Positions 48,801 through 61,217 are shown, counted from the stretch's first letter. The stretch is DNA of 63,996 nt from Phoronis australis (GCA_002633005.1 NMRA01000078.1:186005-250000); one strand, 5' to 3'. The notes: generated from the sequence alone by a model not told the origin. Numbers and translations are program-made.

Positions 48801-51800
48801 ATATCATGCTTCCCGTCTGATCAGACAACAGAATAACACGCAAGCATCAAAGGGACCGACCACCAAGGATGAATGGCGTAGGTCAAGTCTTTTGTGCAAA
48901 AAGTTATCCAGATCATGCAAGTTTTCACAAGATATTGCCATGGCATAATGATAGAAGCGAGTGATTACACTATCTCAACAAGCGAGTGTGTGAAGAGAGT
49001 CTTGTGACCACGCAACGCACCCCAGCGGCTGGGGTCTAATCTTTGTAGTCAAAATCGAACTCAAAGTTATTTTTGTGGTCATTTTCTGTTCCACTTGTGT
49101 GAGAACGTAAGATATGTGTCAATTATTATGTGCTCAAGTTTAAGACTGCACTTAATGACCCCTAGATTCAAGCCACAAACTCGAGTAAAAACTTGAAATT
49201 TCAAGTTCAGATTCAAAATTTTTGCATTAATGCTGTGGTAAACAAGTGGAAAAATGACAAAAATAATTTCGAGTTCAATTTCAAGTAGAAAGATCAGATC
49301 TCGGGCCCTGGTGTGAAGGCACACCAATCCCCATACCTCACTTGAACCTACCTTTTTCTTCACAGAGAGGTGAGGACAGCTGGAACTGTATAACTGACAT
49401 AAGATACGGGGTGGGACCGCTGGCGGCTGCAACGGACAACACATGCATTAATTGTGAAATGCAAAACAAATAAAAACCAAATGGCTAAACTAGTCAATAA
49501 CGGAAATTTTCAGTACAAGACTTTTTTATGAGACAACACTATATTCAAATATTAAAAGCAGGTCAAGCACTAGATATGCAAAGACTGAAGTACGCGTTTA
49601 TGACAGCAATAAAAACTACTCTCAGAAATCACCACTGGGTTTACATGAGAGCGTGTTTAGGTCATATGAACTTTTGAATAAGAATTACTTAAATTGAGAA
49701 ATAACAAAAATTATATACGCAAATCTTGAGCTGACATGGAACTATAGATGACAAACATTTTAAGTCTAGTCTGCATGCCACCTGTTGGCCACGTCATGTG
49801 ACCTAATGAACATAACTAAGTCTGAAAAGTTTCTGCTCAGTAGCTAGAGTGTCTGCACGGTTAGTAGAAGGTCCTGGGTTTGTGTGCCGGTCAGGGGCAG
49901 AAATCTTTTTGGACTTACACTCATTAGGTCTTGTGATGTGGCCAACAGGTGGCGTGCAGACCAGACTTTGTGACAACAAAACATTACATAAATCAGTATT
50001 CAACCGTAAGTCCATATAACATTATAAAGTTGGTCTTGTCATGTTGCTTATTCAGATTAGAAATGATATCTGGACTCGAGAACAACTGACAGTTTGATGT
50101 TTCGTTGCAAGATGTGACCTGGAATTTTATGAGATTGGTCTGAAGAAATAGCGAACTTGCAGTTCTTTAAAAGCCCTGAAATCACCTCTAATTTAACTAA
50201 GGTACAATTTGAGACCAATTTCATGATGGCAAGCGGTCCAATTCAAAAGTTGGTATTCATGATGGAAGGTGAGTTTAGCCCCTTTGTAATGGCAGGCCAA
50301 CAAAAGTATTAGTTAAACGCCTGTGTTTGTTTGTTTCGTTTCCAAGGTGACAAAAGATATGAATCTCATTAATATTCAGACGTGATCAGTCTCGATGACA
50401 GTGACATGACAGTGAGTATAGATTGGTCTATGATAGGGTCTCAGGCCTAACTAAAGGCACACACATGTTCAGTTTATGCACAACAGAAAGGGTGCCAGAT
50501 ATACTTCTGAGATATACTAGAAACACTCAGATTATCTTTAATGATTGTTCACTGCGTACTAACACAAGAAAAGTAGTCCTATTGTTACCAAAACTGATCG
50601 TAGAATTCATTCGACACCAGATGGCAGTTTAACAATGGGAAGGAACAGTTAACGCATGTCACAGAGAATACAGAGAGAAGGAGAAACTACCGTAATATGG
50701 TCGGCCATAGAACAAAGTTTGGCACTACCGGAACAGTGAATCTCCTGCTCTTATAAATGGAGCTAGCTGACGCATAGGAAACACGACCATTGGCAAATTA
50801 CTAAGAAAGAGGTTAATAGTGAACATCAGCCCAAAGCAACATTCTTGGGGTTCTGGCTATTCAGAGTCCATAGGGGGCAATAAAACAATTTTCTTCTCAG
50901 CCAGGACCATAAACCCTGGCTTGTTAAGTTGTGTTCAGTTTACACAGTCCAACTGTGACAGACAAAGAGCTGGGTTCACAAAGAGGTGCTTTCACTGCCT
51001 TGCTTGCCAATTGCAAAAAGAACAATTGTGTGTGAATGACACCCACGATTTACAATCTGTTTGAATAATTCTAAGCATCAATGGGGACTTGTTACACCCT
51101 CCAAGCCCAGAAAATTGAACAGAAAAACTGAATTCAAATATCTACTTTTCTTTGAACATGGGAGACAGACCTACCACGGCTGGGAACTTTAGCAAGCACA
51201 TTAGAGACTGAGTTCCTGACAGTAGCCGCAGTAGACCGTCGCGGACACGATTTTCTTTGCTGAGAATCTAAACCCACGCGGCTTTTAGACACGTCTGGTC
51301 TCAAGATGCTCAGAGGGGACGTCGGTCGCCCAATGCCAAGTTTAGACAATCGACTCTTGGACATGATCAGCTGCACCAATGCACTAGGATTATTCCCTTC
51401 TTCAACAATAGTGGGCACCACATCAGGCAACACATGCGCAGCAGACGGTTCTTCCACGAGAGGTATAGGGATTTCGGACATCTTGATCGGCACAGATAAA
51501 CGTTGACTGCTGCGATTAGACTTGTGCACCTTCACTCAAAGTGACAGAACTGAGCAGGAAAAGTGAGAGTCTCACTTAGCGGTGAAGAGTGTGCCACATG
51601 ATTTAATTCCAAATATTTTGTGATTATCAGCAAATAGTGACTGTGTGGAAGAATGAGGACCCTTGAAGGCTGGAGGGTAAGGATTTGGTTTGCTTAGTGG
51701 TATGGAGATTTAATCTACATGGTAATTCAGTGATGATGCAATTGAGAATGTAAGGTGAATTCGTATGTGCAAGCGTGACATCAGTAATAAGTCACACAAT

Positions 51801-54800
51801 AATCAGTGGATTGACAGTCTCAATAGTACTTGGGACCTCCTTCAGGCATGGTAACCAGTCAACAACCAAAGTGCAAACTATTTACACACAATGGGATTTA
51901 CATAGTATGGCATAGTTAGAGAACCAATGAGTCGGACCACAATTGGAAAAAATAGTCTTGGAAACATGTCACTGTCCGTCTGACCATGTCACAGAAGGAG
52001 AAAAAATAGGGCATAAGACCGATTAGGATTTGTAGACAAGTGTTTCGTGACTCCTGCAACCGATGATTCAAGGAAGACGGAATAAAAACCTTTAATGAAT
52101 GTCCTCCAAAAAGCGCCATTTTTAAAACTTACCGGCCCTTTGAACGGACATCTGAGAGCTAGCATCACCAGCTTCACTTCCGATTACTGATATGTTCTTA
52201 CGATTACGACTCAAAATATCTGAAAACAGATTAGGGAAAGCGTTACTGTTGAGTGACAGTTTGTGCAAAGAACAATTGAATGACATCATCATCATTATTA
52301 GATACTCTGTAAAAATAACTTGCATCATTACCAGCCAGGTATAACACTATATTCAAAATGTCAAATCATTGCATACACTTATGGCCAAAAAGCACATTAA
52401 TTTGTTTCTGGTCTTTGGTTTTGTCAATTAAAGCGAGCATAGTCTTTGGTTGTCAATTTTCTTCAAAAATGAAAATTTACTCCATATCACCTAAAATGGT
52501 ACAACAATGACTTTTCTCTTCACAAAATCCATTTGATATCGGGTAAATTACTTTGACATAAATATCCATGGTGAAATCTCAAAAACGGTGCTACATTTTT
52601 CTGAGTTACTGTTTCATTTTTGTTTTATACAACTTCTGCATTTTCTATGAAAATTCTTAGTCCTATGTGTAATACCCCTACACACAAAAGTGAAACATTT
52701 TAAAAACAACTCTTAATAACATTTCACAAAACGGTGTATAAAGCACAATATCTGAAAGTTTTACATGAATTCCATAACCCATTTCTGAGATATGATATTA
52801 CGAAATCCATTAGCCAAGTTTGGACATTTTTCTAGGAGGATTTTGCGTCCAGTTTTATCAGAAAAACTCTACGGCTCTAGCCACTAGGAAAAACTTTTCA
52901 TTTTCCAAGAGTTATTTTTCCAACTAAACAGTACATGTGTCACTCAGTAACTCCAACTAAAGATTGTTGTCAAGCATAACAGAATGCATCAATTCGAAAT
53001 ATGACGCAAATAATGATGATATTTATCCACGAGTTTTCAATGCACAAAAATGTCTGCAATTTTCCCCATTTCTCAGATTTCACGCTATGAATAACCGTGA
53101 AATCCATGCCTACAGCAGTAAGTCTAACCATAAGCCCTATAAACTCAATCCAACATTTTATGTCCTACATATACACCTTTGTATATTTGCCCTCACCCTA
53201 TGATTGTTGTGTACTGCACAACTTCAAATACAACTTCCTAGCCCAAATTGAGACACACCCCAATTACACTAAAAATTCTTCAGTTTGGGCAATGTCTAAA
53301 TTTTTTTGACATTTGTTGATTCTGAAGATTGGGACATGGGTGAGTTGTTGTATTCATTATATGGTTTGTCACATATCCAACCAGGGGCGGATCCAGGATT
53401 TTGAGTTAGGTGGGGAAGGGCATAGGAATAACCAGAATTAGTCAGTAATTCGCACCCCGAACTGCCAAATGGTATATGGGAGAATTTTAGGGGGGCCATG
53501 GCTCCCTTGCCCCCCNCCCCCCCCCCCCCTACATCTGCCACTGCCAACACTGCTCTTTGTATCAAATAGTAGATAATAGGCCATGACGCAATGTTCTCAT
53601 AAGTTCCCATGGTGTGAAACATCAAAGTAAGTGATCTTTTGTGGTTGATGCCCATGGCACTAGTTCTTCAATATTTCCTATTTCTAAAATTTGATATAAG
53701 CTCCAACCTTGAGCAAAATAATTAACTTTGTACTGTCCCAAACTGGGGCAAGGGATGGATCTTTATGTTGGTGTAGGACAGTCCTATCCGAAATAACATA
53801 TCAAGTATATTTCAAAAATCATAGTGGGTTAACACTGGTTTAATCTTGATCTACTCATAGTGCACTTGATCACTATTTAAATAAGATAATGGACAGTGAT
53901 GAATTGATTCTACCAACACAATTCATTATCATAAAGGTATGTCACCATGATCAATGCATTGGGTGAGTTGCTGTTGACACAGTACTATATGATTGATTAT
54001 GGCCATTGACAGACAGTTACAGCTGGCCCAACCACTTCCAAACATGAATGAGATTTTGTAAACAAATTACATTCAGCTCCACTTGAGTTCAGTGTGAACA
54101 GTAATGAGACACTAACAGGACAATGGAAGTCTATTACAGTAAGTTTATCCTGAACATAGGACAAAACAGTCATTTAGTGTCCCACTGGTATTTATTTAGT
54201 TACCATAGGAACTCAAGTGTCTCCACACAGCAACTTATCCTGGAACAAGTTACTCCTGGAATGACTTGTCACTAGGTTTGGGGCTATCAGGAAGTTTTAT
54301 AGGCTAGCTTGCCCCAGTTGTGACAACTTAATTATTCCTCCTTATCAAGGTAGCCCGGTAGCTTGTTCTAGGGTAAGTTGTGCCACTTCTAATGGCTATG
54401 TGGCCGCAAACTTGGCGTAAGGCAGAGGTAATTATCATTTTAGTGCTTGCGCACTTACATAGTTTAACACAGGGGTCTTTTTTCATGCTGTATTCGTATC
54501 AGCTGTTCATTGCTGTGTGCAGAGCGACAACTTCTGTCTTCCGCTAGTTATCGTGTGGAAGCGCCGCTTAAAGTGGGGCAGGTTGCACTAGTACAAGATG
54601 TTCTAGGCACTGTCTTTGTGTGGACAGCACTTACAAGCATGCACTTCAGAGAAAAATCAAATCCAAAAGATCTGTTCTCAATAAACTTTACATAGAACCC
54701 TTGAATCATTAAGTTCAGGTGCTTCGGTTAGTTAGTTCCCAATGCATTTAGGATTTTCTGATTTATGAATTTTACCAACCCCACGTCGGAATAAACTCTT

Positions 54801-57800
54801 GAAATCAACAGGGCTGAGCAAACCCAGGGGTACTCGACTGTATTTGTTACAGCTAGGGGGTACACCTGAAAATTAGGAACACACACCCATTTAAACAAAG
54901 TGTTGAAAAAGAGTATGATTTAGTCAGAAATAGAACAAGAAATGATACCACGTTGGCACCTCATTTGCAACTTTAGAAATTTTTAAAAACACTTTTTTCT
55001 GCGATTTTTGCAGTTGGAAAAAAGATCCTTTTTGTACACTGCATTGTGGCGAGCTCCTGAGTTGAACCTTTTGTATGGAATTAAATTGGAGAAGTCACCC
55101 TTATGCTGGGATTTTTTCCGAAAAGGCACCTTTTGTAGGGAAACCATGAAAGAGTCACGCTTCTGAATGGCATATCCCGTATACCTCTTCTATGGGAGTT
55201 CCCCCCAAGTTTGAGTGGTACGTTCACTATACATCTTCTATGGGAGTCCCCCCCAAGAACAAAATACACACATACGTTGGTGAATGCACAAGATGAAGTG
55301 CTCACTTCTACCTTTAAAATAACAGTCACAGTGTTCAGTTATGTTAGTAACCAATTTTGCATTAAGTTAGTCAGGGAACAGCTTAACATGAACAGGCCTT
55401 GGACATAACTGAGCTGCACAGATCCAAGGGGTGCAAGGTCCTTGGGGCCAGCCCTCCGCTGCCCAGAAATTTTGGAATTCCTAAAGGAAAATTTCTTCTT
55501 GATGTCTCAGTATGGTGGGTAAATCGAATTTGTGATGAGAACTTTGTTGATTATACGAAAATTCCACTCTAAAGCCATTAGCAAAACAAAAGATAACATG
55601 TTGGGCACTTGCTGCATTTATGAGAGAATTCTGCAGTTTATTGTACATGGAATGACAATTTGGAACTTAATTTGTCACAATTTTCAACACAAAGGAACTT
55701 TTAAAGTAAATTATTGTTCATAGCAAGCATAGTTAGTGTCAAATGGTTGCCATCTTGGGAGTCCTTTTGTAACTAAACAACATTTGGTAAAATTTTGAGC
55801 ATTTGAAACAAGTCTTTGAAAATTTAAAAAAAGTGAATTTTAGCCATTAACTATGTTCCAAACTGAGGAATTTTCACAGCGTAATAATAGAAGAAATTAT
55901 CCCCTTAATTTTGTCTATTGCACGACACCATGGATCCATGCAGGCGACCAGTGGTAACTGTGAAGGAATAAGTGTAATGTACACAGACAGGTGTCTCACA
56001 TGTGCATGCAAAATTGTGAGAATCCCACCACATGGCAGCTGTGCTCGTGGGCGTTCAACTGACAGAGAGTTGCAAAAGGACCATTCAGGGCCCTCTAACA
56101 CATGCAGAATTATCATACACACAGGGATTCCGCAACCACATATAAAAGGTCACCAGAACCTCAGAGACACGGGTAACAGTATGCAGAGTCATGAAACAGT
56201 GGCAGTTTCTTGAACCCCGATTCATGCGTTACATGCGGTGGTGTGGTGACTTACACTGTTTACGAGAAGTAGTAGGTCCAGAAACTGTAAGAACGTCATT
56301 ATTCCAGAAATGAAACAGAATGAATGCATAATAATACATATGGAAACGATCTGGTTTTGACCCGAATATCAATCTAACTAGCATAGTTTTGCTTCCAACT
56401 TGAAGCAATGCCAAAAAGTGTACAAACTTGAGATAATAAATTTACAAGCAGTATGGGCTTGTTGTTTCCAAGACAAGAAAAATAAATTAGAAGCATTTTG
56501 CCTTGTGTATAGTTTCACTCGACACAATTCGAACCCTGAAAACAACAAATAAGCGAGCTTTTTAAAGACCGTGTAGTTTTGCTTAAATTAAAACTAGATT
56601 AAAATACTTTATAAAAATACAGAAAAATCTCACTAATCTATGCCACAACATGGCAGACAAGTGGAATTTTATTTTAAGATTTTTTCATAAAAAATACTCA
56701 AGTTCTGTACCATAGCTACCATCAGAAAATAAACTGAACATTTTTAGAAGACCTTGAAGAACAAAAAAGGATATTTTTGTCCGAAAAATGTCATTAACCC
56801 TGTGGCAAGAAAAATCAACGGGTATGATAACATCACCAAAGCGGATACAAAGTAGTACTGTAATTCTTCACTAATCTAGCACACAATATGGCCGACAAGT
56901 GAAATTCTATTTTGTAAAACTTCTCCACAAAAGGAAAGATTGGTAACATTTTAGTCTATTGTCATCATGGTTTGAAGTGTACACATGTCATAAAACAACA
57001 TTTGATGAAGTTTCCATTATTTGCAGCAAGGTAACCAACCTCTGAAAATGTAAACAAGCCACCTGTTGGCACATGTGACCAAATAACGTGACCTAGTGAT
57101 GTGGCCAACAGGTAGCGTGCAGACCAGACTATAATTAAACATGGTAATGTTTCCATCATGTTCAGCCTTTGACAAACACAAAAAGATGACTATTTTGGCA
57201 ATTATTTTTGAGCCAAATAAATGGAAAATCACGGACCGTAAGTGGTCTAAATCAAAACTTAGTTTCGTCAACAGAAACGGGGTTAAGTTGTCAAGTAACC
57301 TACGACATAAAATTTGCTAGATTTGAAGACATTCGAAAGACCAAACAGTGCCTGGCCTACCTGAGCCTTCCCCTTGCTGCAGTCTGTATTTATCCAACTT
57401 GCTTTTGCCTTCCCCCTTTTTCCCTTTCTTCGGTTCATTGATAGTCGGCAACTCCATCTCGCCCATGATGGCGTTACCTCTAGTCTTACTGGACAGAGCA
57501 TCGTCAATGTCTGGTGAGAAGAAAGCACCACTACGAGACGTTTCATCAAAGCGAGTACTGGACTTAGAGAAGATATCCGATTTGGGAGGGACGATCCAGC
57601 CATCCTTATTGGCTGGTAGTTGCCACTCCCTCCATACATATTTCACTTCGACCGTCAGTTCTCTATAGCCACACTGTAACTGCAACTCCAGATCCTCAGT
57701 CAGCAATGGGTCATACCCTGTTACCTCAAACAGTTTCAATATCTTTTCCAGATCTCCCAGTAAGTTCAGAGCCTCAAACTTCCATTGCTCAAATAGGAGG

Positions 57801-58102
57801 CGCTGTGTGTCCCTCCCCTCTTCATCGTCATCGTCGGACAATTCATCGTAGCGCAGAATGTTTCTAAATGCCTGGTTGATCGCAGGCAGTATACTCATAG
57901 GTCTAGCACCACCCCCGTCATCCAACGTCGCCTCATCTTTGCTAGCACTCTCTTTCTGGCTCTCCTGGTTTTTTAAATACGCAGCGACTTTTGGATTGAG
58001 ATGAGCGAAGCGTAGACTAGTGGGGAGCTCATCAGGAGTTTTACGGTAGCGTTTAGGCAGCTTCCGAAATGTTGTCTGATCATAAAAATAAGGCTTGGTC
58101 AT
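30873..58102 (-). CDS. C3orf20: C3orf20-like / FAM194-domain protein (about 1057 aa model)
   Basis: Exons: 58102-57361, 56284-56255, 52186-52133, 49426-49352, 48139-48031, 45734-45504, 43667-43518, 43017-42906, 42509-42378, 42001-41870, 40171-40071, 39619-39420, 36480-36339, 35908-35434, 34903-34761, 34361-34191, 31047-30873; all phases compatible. FAM194 motifs DGSTVVYYPSG, GG..I...G.VSKRWKW, LNDYITFR. C3orf20 C-terminal motifs CPVALR, CRCS, PCLQ..DPFRLLRYD, NVVPGMFL, GKLIF..IFNGYG, GYSLPRDFRF. The small 5' exons and the last exon are less certain. Confidence 0.85.
33564..33814 (+). mobile_element. Old interspersed repeat family (about 260 bp), copy B
   Basis: Begins GGGCTTGG, ends GCAAGTCC; internal blocks shared with the other three copies. 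Confidence 0.7.
36687..36946 (+). mobile_element. Old interspersed repeat family (about 260 bp), copy C
   Basis: Begins GGGCTGGG, ends CCAAGCCC (short TIR); shared internal blocks. Confidence 0.7.
40318..40389. repeat. 12-bp tandem repeat, about 6 copies
   Basis: GTCATGTGAGT(G/A) units; produce the HDHS run in ORF 40172-40561. Confidence 0.9.
43668..45503 (-). other. U12-type (minor spliceosome) GT-AG intron in the C3orf20-like gene
   Basis: 5' splice site GTATCCTTTT (45503-45494). Branch TCCTTAAC (43686-43679) about 10 nt before the AG, no polypyrimidine tract. Splicing restores DGSTVV-Y-YPSG. Confidence 0.87.
46981..47360 (+). repeat. 74-bp tandem repeat, 5 copies
   Basis: gtttattgttttagaggac at 46981, 47055, 47129, 47203, 47278; the array ends tatcctctctaaatgaaaaatcttatctta. 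Confidence 0.92.
47501..48063 (-). repeat. 56-bp minisatellite, 10 copies, copying a C3orf20-like exon end and its donor
   Basis: Donor GTAAGT (acttac on +) every 56 nt at 47521, 47577, 47633, 47689, 47745, 47801, 47857, 47913, 47969 and 48025 (true donor). Each is preceded by about 33 nt of exon sequence (VKRLQYVLKQ). Confidence 0.97.
49763..49967. mobile_element. Palindromic MITE with 34-bp TIRs and a tRNA-like centre
   Basis: AGTCTAGTCTGCATGCCACCTGTTGGCCACGTCA versus TGATGTGGCCAACAGGTGGCGTGCAGACCAGACT (3 mismatches). Further inner inverted blocks; centre has A/B-box-like sequence. Shortened copy at 57058-57130. Confidence 0.8.
50848..51108 (+). mobile_element. Old interspersed repeat family (about 260 bp), copy D
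   Basis: Begins GGGTTCTGG, ends CCAAGCCC; shared internal blocks. Confidence 0.7.
53382..53543. mobile_element. Short MITE with CAGGGGCGGATC-type TIRs and a 5-bp TSD
   Basis: CAGGGGCGGATCCAGG ... CCTACATCTGCCACTG, flanked by CCAAC on both sides. A related right end (ctagatccgccactg) lies near 63359-63373. Confidence 0.7.
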
Positions 58103-58797
58103 TGTGGTTGATGAACATGGGATCTCGTCTCTATAATCCTCACAATGAACTGGTGTTTTCAACCTGAAAGACAAAATGGTTGAATTGGTGGAAGGCCAAT
58201 AGTGTGCCTGGCAATCTGAGCAATCACGCTTGTACGTTTTTAAATCGCTTCTTCCTGGCTTTGTGCAAAATAAAAATCTACAAGTCATGGGAGTACATGC
58301 ACAGGCATGGGTAAAAATATAACTGATTTTCTAAAAGTTAAACTTGTCTTGATCTTTGTATATCAAGAAATAAATTTGGTACGTTGCCTGGACAATTGTT
58401 GATGCTACCCTCATATCACCGATGCATTACATTTTCAAGATGAAAGCTGCAATCAATCTCTTCCACAATGACGGTAATGAATCAGTGACACTCATACACA
58501 ACAGACTCAGATTCCGTGTTACTGGCACTGGCACTTCCAAGCAGAGTCAATCACTCAGTCTATACTAAACCGGTACGCACGCACAACTGGTTTATAAAAT
58601 ATTTATCAGACTAATGGGGCAACAAATGCTTGTCAATAAAACATGAGATGAATATCAGAAACGCTTCGGCGTGCTAGAATACCTGTTCTTGCTTCTATTT
58701 AGTCTCCATTTAGATGAAATATCAAACTATCAACCAGGACAGTAAACAAACACCTGCTCCGCCATCTTGGAAAGTCACGAACACAGGAGGCGTTCAA

Positions 58798-58810
58798 GTT
58801 GCTAAGCAAC
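58798..58810. promoter_or_regulatory. RFX X-box upstream of the C3orf20-like gene
   Basis: Palindromic GTTGCTAAGCAAC just upstream of a putative 5'UTR exon (minus-strand donor GTATTC at 58682). YY1-like AAGATGGCGG at about 58759-58768 (minus) and forkhead-like GTAAACAAA at 58742-58750. Confidence 0.65.
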
Positions 58811-59534
58811 TCAGTTGGGGCAGGACGGTTGATTAGGGATACTTAGAATGGAATCGCTCGTTTGTAAGACACGGATGATTCTCGACTGATATACTCTTCG
58901 TATAATTAAGTACCTTAAAACGCACTAAGGAAGTTTTCCTAGCGTGTGTCGCCGATAAAGGCTTCGCATACAAAAGTGCCACCTGGCGTACAAAATGAGA
59001 GAGGAAAATGTTTCGCGAAGCTTGCCAGCCGAACTAATTTGAATGCAGAACTTCATAGACTGCCACGAGACTGGTCTGGGTGAGGTCATGATGTGGATTT
59101 TCTCCTGCAACAGTCCGCAAAAGACACAAGAAACTAAGTGCAGCGGGGCATTTCGAGGTGCAAGTAGAAATGAAAAAGAAGTTCCACTTGAAAACATTTT
59201 TTATGAATTATGCCAGAATCCTCGGTCTTATAATTTTTTAACTTGATGAAAAATCGCTAAAAAAACGTTCGTTATTTTCCCTAATAGTCAAAATTGGGCA
59301 TATCGAAAAAACATCAGTAAAAACGTTTTTAGGAAAACCGACTGATCCTGTTTTTCCAGCGACCTTTCATAAAAATAAAAAATGTATAAGAAGGACTTGG
59401 AGTTCAAGCAATTTTTATAAAAAATGACTTGAAACCACTCTTTTATATTTAATGGGGCAGATTCTGAATCATAGTCAGAAGGAGAGTCTTTTAAAGTTGT
59501 GCACTTCATAGATCAAGTGCAGCAATACAAAATC

Positions 59535-59720
59535 AAAAAACGGATAATCGTCGCACAAATGAAAAAGTTCATATTAATTCGACGTTTCATCTCTTCATTA
59601 GATATCATCAGGATACAAACAATCAGACATCAAGTGTCGACATATGAGTCAAGTTACATCCATGAATTTAGACGAAATCAGTACGAACTTTTTCATTTGT
59701 GCGACGAGTGTCCGTTTTTT
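59535..59720. mobile_element. Inverted-repeat element (about 45-bp arms) enclosing a hammerhead-like motif
   Basis: aaaaaacggataatcgtcgcacaaatgaaaaagttc pairs with gaactttttcatttgtgcgacgagtgtccgtttttt. Minus-strand CTGATGA..GAAACGTC at 59611-59581. Confidence 0.7.
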
Positions 59721-61217
59721 ATACTACTATGGCCAAAAATTGATGTGATTAGCAACACACAGGTTCCGAAAGGGCATCCGGATCTCTTTGGATTCCTCTG
59801 GGCCTGCACCTGATTTCCGCATTCTATAAATATTTATTTACTGCGTCCCGGATATTCTGGTATTAATGGATAGAGTTCTGTAAACTATCGCCAGACCTCA
59901 ATAGTTTGACAGGTTAAATCCACCAGTCGACAAACGTGCTCGAAGCGATACGTTTGCGGTTAGGCCAATATAAGGACGCGCACACTTTATTTTAAAAAAT
60001 GGCGGATTCACATACAGGGTGGCCTAAAGAGTGTGAGGTGTTTGCGAATTCAGTGACCCAAAACGCTGTAACAGAGAAATGTTTTGCAATCTGCCACCAT
60101 GATCATGATAAGAATACACGAAACTGGAAGAATAAAATCTTATTTAAAGCAGCAATAAACCTGCATTACATCAGAAGTTTCAACTCCTAATTTAGACCAC
60201 TTACTGTTAGGAATTTGGTTTCAAATTGTTCCTTAGCCAACTTAAACGTGGTGTCAGGGCTTTAGGAGGTCTGACAAGTCCTTCAGATTGGGCTTTAAAA
60301 ATTGTCACGGCGGGTCGTTTTTGTGCCGGGCACCGTTTCAAGGAATAACGAATTGTCTGTTATTTGCAAACCCAGAATTCACTTATTGCCTGAGTGTCAC
60401 ATGACTGACGTATTTGTCACGATAAGTACCCCTAGCTGTATTGCTGGTATTCAGGTGTCGCGTAAGTTTTGGTCAGTTGACCTGGGGTACTTGTTGAGAG
60501 TACACATTATGAACATTTGCTGGTGCTTTGCTTTGACCACCGTTTACTGCCTAGTGTGACACTGCAGTATTAATGGTCTCTTTGTTCTGAACGTGGGTTT
60601 ACAGACGCTCAACTTGCGCATTTCGCCTGTCTGTTTAGCTGACAAAAACAAAACTTAAATTAGGCCTTGAACTCCAATAAAATCGGATTCTATTTCCGTT
60701 AAAACAGCAAAAAAAAATAATAAAAAATCGAAACCACCTGCTATCCAAGAAAACGCTTCAGAGTTTATTGCGGTTGGCCTACCCTAAAATCCCAGATTCT
60801 AAAATCGCCCTAGTACGCATTGCCTGCGACATGAGTTGGTATCGAAGTGGAATACTATCTTTTAGGAAAGCGATTTTATAAGACTGAAAGCTTAATTCGA
60901 TTTCTGTTCTTTATCCAAGCAAAAAATGCTAAATGCAGCTTTAATGATTTTTTTAAGAAAGTGTGAATGACGTGTCTGAGATAATTTACCACGGAATAAA
61001 GTGCACTGAAGCAGACGGATAGCTAAAAGAGAAGTTAACACACGGTATAATACCCTGATGTAACAGCGTAACACTGTTTCAGCCGGTCTACCTCTACTTC
61101 ATTTGAAAAGCAGATTGTCGCTTGTCGCGGTTTCACCCTGTACGGTAAACGCGGCTTTTTAAGACTACAGGTTGATTAAAGAAGTTTTTGTTGTTCCTCA
61201 GATTCATTTGAACAGTG

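Noticed and set aside
50691-50766. Candidate small exon
   Set aside because: No donor giving the required phase-1 exit.
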